A stretch of 38,380 nucleotides of DNA, from the NCBI GenBank assembly GCA_050115495.1, contig JASFQK010000050.1:1-38380 (forward strand), given 5' to 3'. The notes under the pieces are model-generated. The model did not search any database, had not been told where the DNA came from, and worked only from the letters and a program-made list of their open reading frames with translations. A program made the position numbers and the translations under genes. This DNA comes from Phycisphaerae bacterium. GTDB taxonomy: Bacteria; Planctomycetota; Phycisphaerae; UBA1845; Fen-1342. Of the stretch, positions 35,592 to 38,380 are shown one piece after another. Position 1 is the stretch's first letter. Each line of letters starts with the position of its first letter.

Positions 35592-36233
35592 CTAGCCGGC
35601 ACCGCCGCGCAGGGCGGCCCGTAGCGTCGCCAATGGGGGCCGCAGGTTGTCGGGGATTCGGCGTACGTGTCCGATCTGCCGGGCGAGGAAGACGGCGCGG
35701 CAGAGGGCTTCGAGGGTTTCGGTGAGGATGTAGGCGGCTTCGAGGTCGCCGGCCCAGGTCAGGGCACCGTGGTTCTGGAGCAGGGCGGCGACGTGGTCGG
35801 CGAGGAACGGGAGCAGGGCCTCGCCCATTTCGGGCGTACCGGGCGTCTGGTAGGGCACGAGGGGCACCGGGCCGAGGAAGATGTCGCCCTCGGGCAGGAC
35901 GTTGGCCAGGTCGGTATCACCGGCGACGGCAAAGGCCGTGGCGTAGGGGGGATGCGTGTGAATGACCGCCCGGACCGCCGGCGCGGCACGATACACGGCG
36001 AGGTGCATGGGGATTTCGCTGCTCGGCCGGCGGCGGCCATCGATCTGGCGGCCGGCGGGGTCGAGCAGGCACAGGTCGTCCGGTGTCAGCAGGCCCTTGG
36101 ACAGGCCGGTGGGCGTGCACAGCACGCGTCCGTCGTCGAGGCGGGCGGAGAAGTTGCCCTCGGTCGCCCCGACGAGGTGGTGGGCGTAGGCCCGGCGGCC
36201 AATCTCACACATCTTATCTGCCAGTGCTTGCAT
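35592..36233 (-). CDS. Class II aldolase/adducin family protein (fuculose/rhamnulose-phosphate aldolase-like)
   Basis: 'EGNFSAR', 'TPTGLSKG', 'PSSE..MH', 'HTHPPYATAFA', 'LLQNHG'; start placed at ATG 36233 inside the long ORF. Confidence 0.93.
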   Translation of the reverse strand: MQALADKMCEIGRRAYAHHLVGATEGNFSARLDDGRVLCTPTGLSKGLLTPDDLCLLDPAGRQIDGRRRPSSEIPMHLAVYRAAPAVRAVIHTHPPYATAFAVAGDTDLANVLPEGDIFLGPVPLVPYQTPGTPEMGEALLPFLADHVAALLQNHGALTWAGDLEAAYILTETLEALCRAVFLARQIGHVRRIPDNLRPPLATLRAALRGGAG

Positions 36234-36485
36234 GGCGGCGATGGTATCGCCCCCCCGGGGGCGGAACAACCGGTTCCGGAGGCCCGGACGGGGCCCTTGG
36301 CAATTCGGGGGACAGCGCGTATCATCCCTGCGTTTCACGGGATGGAACCGAACGGTCAGGGTGTGGGCTGAAGGCGGATTCGGCCCCGGACCGATCGGGC
36401 GAGGCTTTTCGTAGTCGATAGCCCTCGCCGGCAGGGCGCGGGATGTCGTCGGGATTAGCTCTCTACCTGTAAGGAGGAACGGGTC

Positions 36486-36743
36486 GTGCCAGACCTGGCC
36501 GAAATCGAATCGAAAGTAAAGAAGATCGTCGCCGAGCAGATGAGCGTCTCCGAGGACGAGATCTCGCGCGAAACCTCTTTCGTCAACGACCTCAACGCCG
36601 ACTCGCTGGACACGGTCGAGTTGGTGATGGAGTTCGAGGATGAGTTCGAGATGAGCATCCCGGACGAAGAGGCGGAGAAGATCCAGACGGTGGGCATGGC
36701 GATCGAGTACATCGAGCGTCATCTCAAGGATGCTGGGAAGTAG
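36486..36743 (+). CDS. acpP: Acyl carrier protein
   Basis: '[20 protein letters not shown]'; AGGAGG RBS. Confidence 0.98.
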   Translation: MPDLAEIESKVKKIVAEQMSVSEDEISRETSFVNDLNADSLDTVELVMEFEDEFEMSIPDEEAEKIQTVGMAIEYIERHLKDAGK

Positions 36744-36762
36744 GCGACGATAGGGATCGGAA

Positions 36763-37998
36763 ATGGGCGCACGTCGCGTTGTCGTAACCGGCATGGGGGC
36801 GATGACCCCGCTGGGCATTACCGTGGCGGCCTTCTGGGACGGCATCGTCAGCGGCCGTTCCGGGATCCGGGCCATCCAGCGCTTTGACGCCGGCGACCAC
36901 GACGTGCGCATAGGCGGCGAATGCCTCGAGTTCAAGCCGGGAGAACACATCGACTCGCGCCAGGCCAAGCGGATGGACCGGTTCACCCAGCTTGCCTTGG
37001 CCGGCGCCAAGATGGCCTTTGCCGACGCCGGCCTGAACGGCAATGTCGACCCGGACCGGGCCGGCGTGTTTCTTGGGGCCGGCATCGGCGGGATCGGCGA
37101 ACTCGAAGAGCAGCACCTGCGCCTGCTCCAGAAGGGCCCGCGCAAGGTCTCCGCCTTCACGATCCCCAAGCTCATGGCCAACGCGTGCAGCGGGCACATC
37201 TCCATCGCCCTCGGCCTGCGCGGCATCAACGAGGCGGTGTCCACGGCATGTGCTTCCGCCGGCAACGCCATGGGCAACGCCATGCGCATTATCCAGTGCG
37301 GCGAGATGGACGTGATGGTCACCGGCGGCACCGAGGCGGCGGTCACGCCGCTGGGTATCGCCGGCTTCGCGGCCATGAAAGCGATCAGCACGCGCAATGA
37401 CGAGCCGGAACGGGCGTCGCGGCCCTTCGATCGCGATCGCGACGGCTTCGTCCTGAGCGAGGGTGCCGGCATCCTCATCTTCGAGGATTACGAGCACGCC
37501 AAGGCTCGCGGGGCCAACATCGTGGCGGAAGTCATCGGCTTCGGCACGACAGCCGACGCCAGCGACATCGTTCAGCCGGACCCTGCTGGCGGCGGGGCAG
37601 CCCGGGCCATGGCGCTGGCTTTGCGCAACGCCCGCCTGAACCCCGAGGACATCAACTACATCAACGCCCACGGGACGAGCACGCCGCTCGGCGACATCGC
37701 CGAAGTGCGGGCCATCAAGACGGTCTTCGGGCCGGCGGCCCAGCGCGTCCCGATCAGCAGCACGAAGAGCTCAGTGGGTCACCTGCTCGGTGCCAGCGGC
37801 GGCGTGGAAGCCATCGCCACCGTGCAGGCCCTCCTGCACAACACGCTGCCTCCCACCATCAACCTGGAGAATCCCGATCAGGAGTGTGATCTGGACTTCG
37901 TCCCGAACCACGCCCGCGATGCCAGCGTGCACGTTGCCATGAGCAACTCGTTCGGCTTTGGCGGCCACAACGCCAGCATCATCTTCCGCAAAATGTAG
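36763..37998 (+). CDS. fabF: Beta-ketoacyl-ACP synthase II
   Basis: RRVVVTGMG, TACAS (catalytic Cys), AHGTSTPLGD, GHLLGASG, SNSFGFGGHN. Confidence 0.97.
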   Translation: MGARRVVVTGMGAMTPLGITVAAFWDGIVSGRSGIRAIQRFDAGDHDVRIGGECLEFKPGEHIDSRQAKRMDRFTQLALAGAKMAFADAGLNGNVDPDRAGVFLGAGIGGIGELEEQHLRLLQKGPRKVSAFTIPKLMANACSGHISIALGLRGINEAVSTACASAGNAMGNAMRIIQCGEMDVMVTGGTEAAVTPLGIAGFAAMKAISTRNDEPERASRPFDRDRDGFVLSEGAGILIFEDYEHAKARGANIVAEVIGFGTTADASDIVQPDPAGGGAARAMALALRNARLNPEDINYINAHGTSTPLGDIAEVRAIKTVFGPAAQRVPISSTKSSVGHLLGASGGVEAIATVQALLHNTLPPTINLENPDQECDLDFVPNHARDASVHVAMSNSFGFGGHNASIIFRKM

Positions 37999-38050
37999 CG
38001 TCCGGGCTCGGTACCGGTGGTAGCGTCGGCCCCCCGTGGCCGACGTCGAA
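37995..38050 (-). repeat. Two units of the same repeat family as the fliP-fliQ array, in inverted orientation
   Basis: 38020-38050 is the exact reverse complement of 25820-25850; 37995-38017 (GTAGCGTCCGGGCTCGGTACCGG) resembles the reverse complement of unit 3. Confidence 0.9.
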
Positions 38051-38093
38051 TGCGTGGAACGGCCGATCCACGCAGCGCGGCGCCGTGTGTGCC

Positions 38094-38260
38094 ACTGCTC
38101 TTGGGCAGTGCGACGGGCCTTCCCCGGCACGCCAGACTCTCGCTGGCATCGCGGCCTCCGACGCACTGGAAGGCGCGAGGTGGCTGATCAACGCGCGCTC
38201 CGATCATTGATTGACCTACGTGACGCGACCACGCGCCCGGCTACACTGCTCAAGAGCAGT
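38094..38260. repeat. Inverted pair of 17-bp palindromic repeats enclosing a hairpin-rich segment (REPIN/MITE-like)
   Basis: 38094-38110 ACTGCTCTTGGGCAGTG; its reverse complement matches 38244-38260 CACTGCTCAAGAGCAGT at 16/17. Confidence 0.6.
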
Positions 38261-38380
38261 TCTGTCCGGGAAATGGGTTTGTCGGGTGCGATGGGTGACT
38301 GGAAGGGAGTCGATTGCCTTGGAAGGCGTTCGGCGTTGGGGGCCGAAGCACTGGCGTAACGGGAGGCGGGCGCACACCAC

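Noticed and set aside
35592..37478. 628-aa ORF suggesting an aldolase fusion
   Set aside because: The N-terminal ~415 aa are the antisense of acpP/fabF plus intergenic DNA; the real aldolase starts at 36233
36486..37998. acpP-fabF as a type II PKS or specialised lipid cluster
   Set aside because: Canonical ACP and Cys-His-His FabF with no chain-length factor or tailoring genes; ordinary fatty-acid synthesis
38091..38175. Cobalamin riboswitch resemblance (GCCACTG, GGAAGG, GCCAGA)
   Set aside because: The motifs are out of order and the conserved core is missing; palindromic repeats explain the sequence better

Overview
High-GC bacterial DNA, most likely a planctomycete (Phycisphaerae-like; inferred from protein styles and gene content, not from a search). 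Left end: bamD-lptE-ftsH on the + strand, with a candidate leaderless sigma70 promoter, then a convergent degenerate-REC/GAF/GGDEF diguanylate cyclase on the - strand. That cyclase is divergent from a ~28 kb + strand flagellar cluster: large TPR protein, FlgN-like chaperone, sensor-less histidine kinase, sigma54 activator, sigma54 promoter, flgB-flgC-fliE-fliF-fliG-fliH-fliI-fliJ-(MotE/FlbB/YlxF-like)-fliK-flgD-flgE-flbD-fliL-fliN-fliO-fliP-fliQ-fliR-flhB-flhA-flhF-flhG-hyp-fliA-hyp. No fliM, motAB, flagellin or L/P-ring genes lie in the window. Right end: a - strand trio (class II aldolase, flavodoxin, GT-C-like membrane glycosyltransferase) and + strand acpP-fabF. The least-explained signal is non-coding. 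A 5 x 31-bp tandem array of co-varying hairpins sits between fliP and fliQ, related GGA-apex hairpins sit in other flagellar spacers, and an exact inverted 31-bp copy lies after fabF. This is either a GTAG-type REP family or CsrA/Rsm-type RNA binding sites. No CRISPR array, tRNA, rRNA or transposase was recognised.
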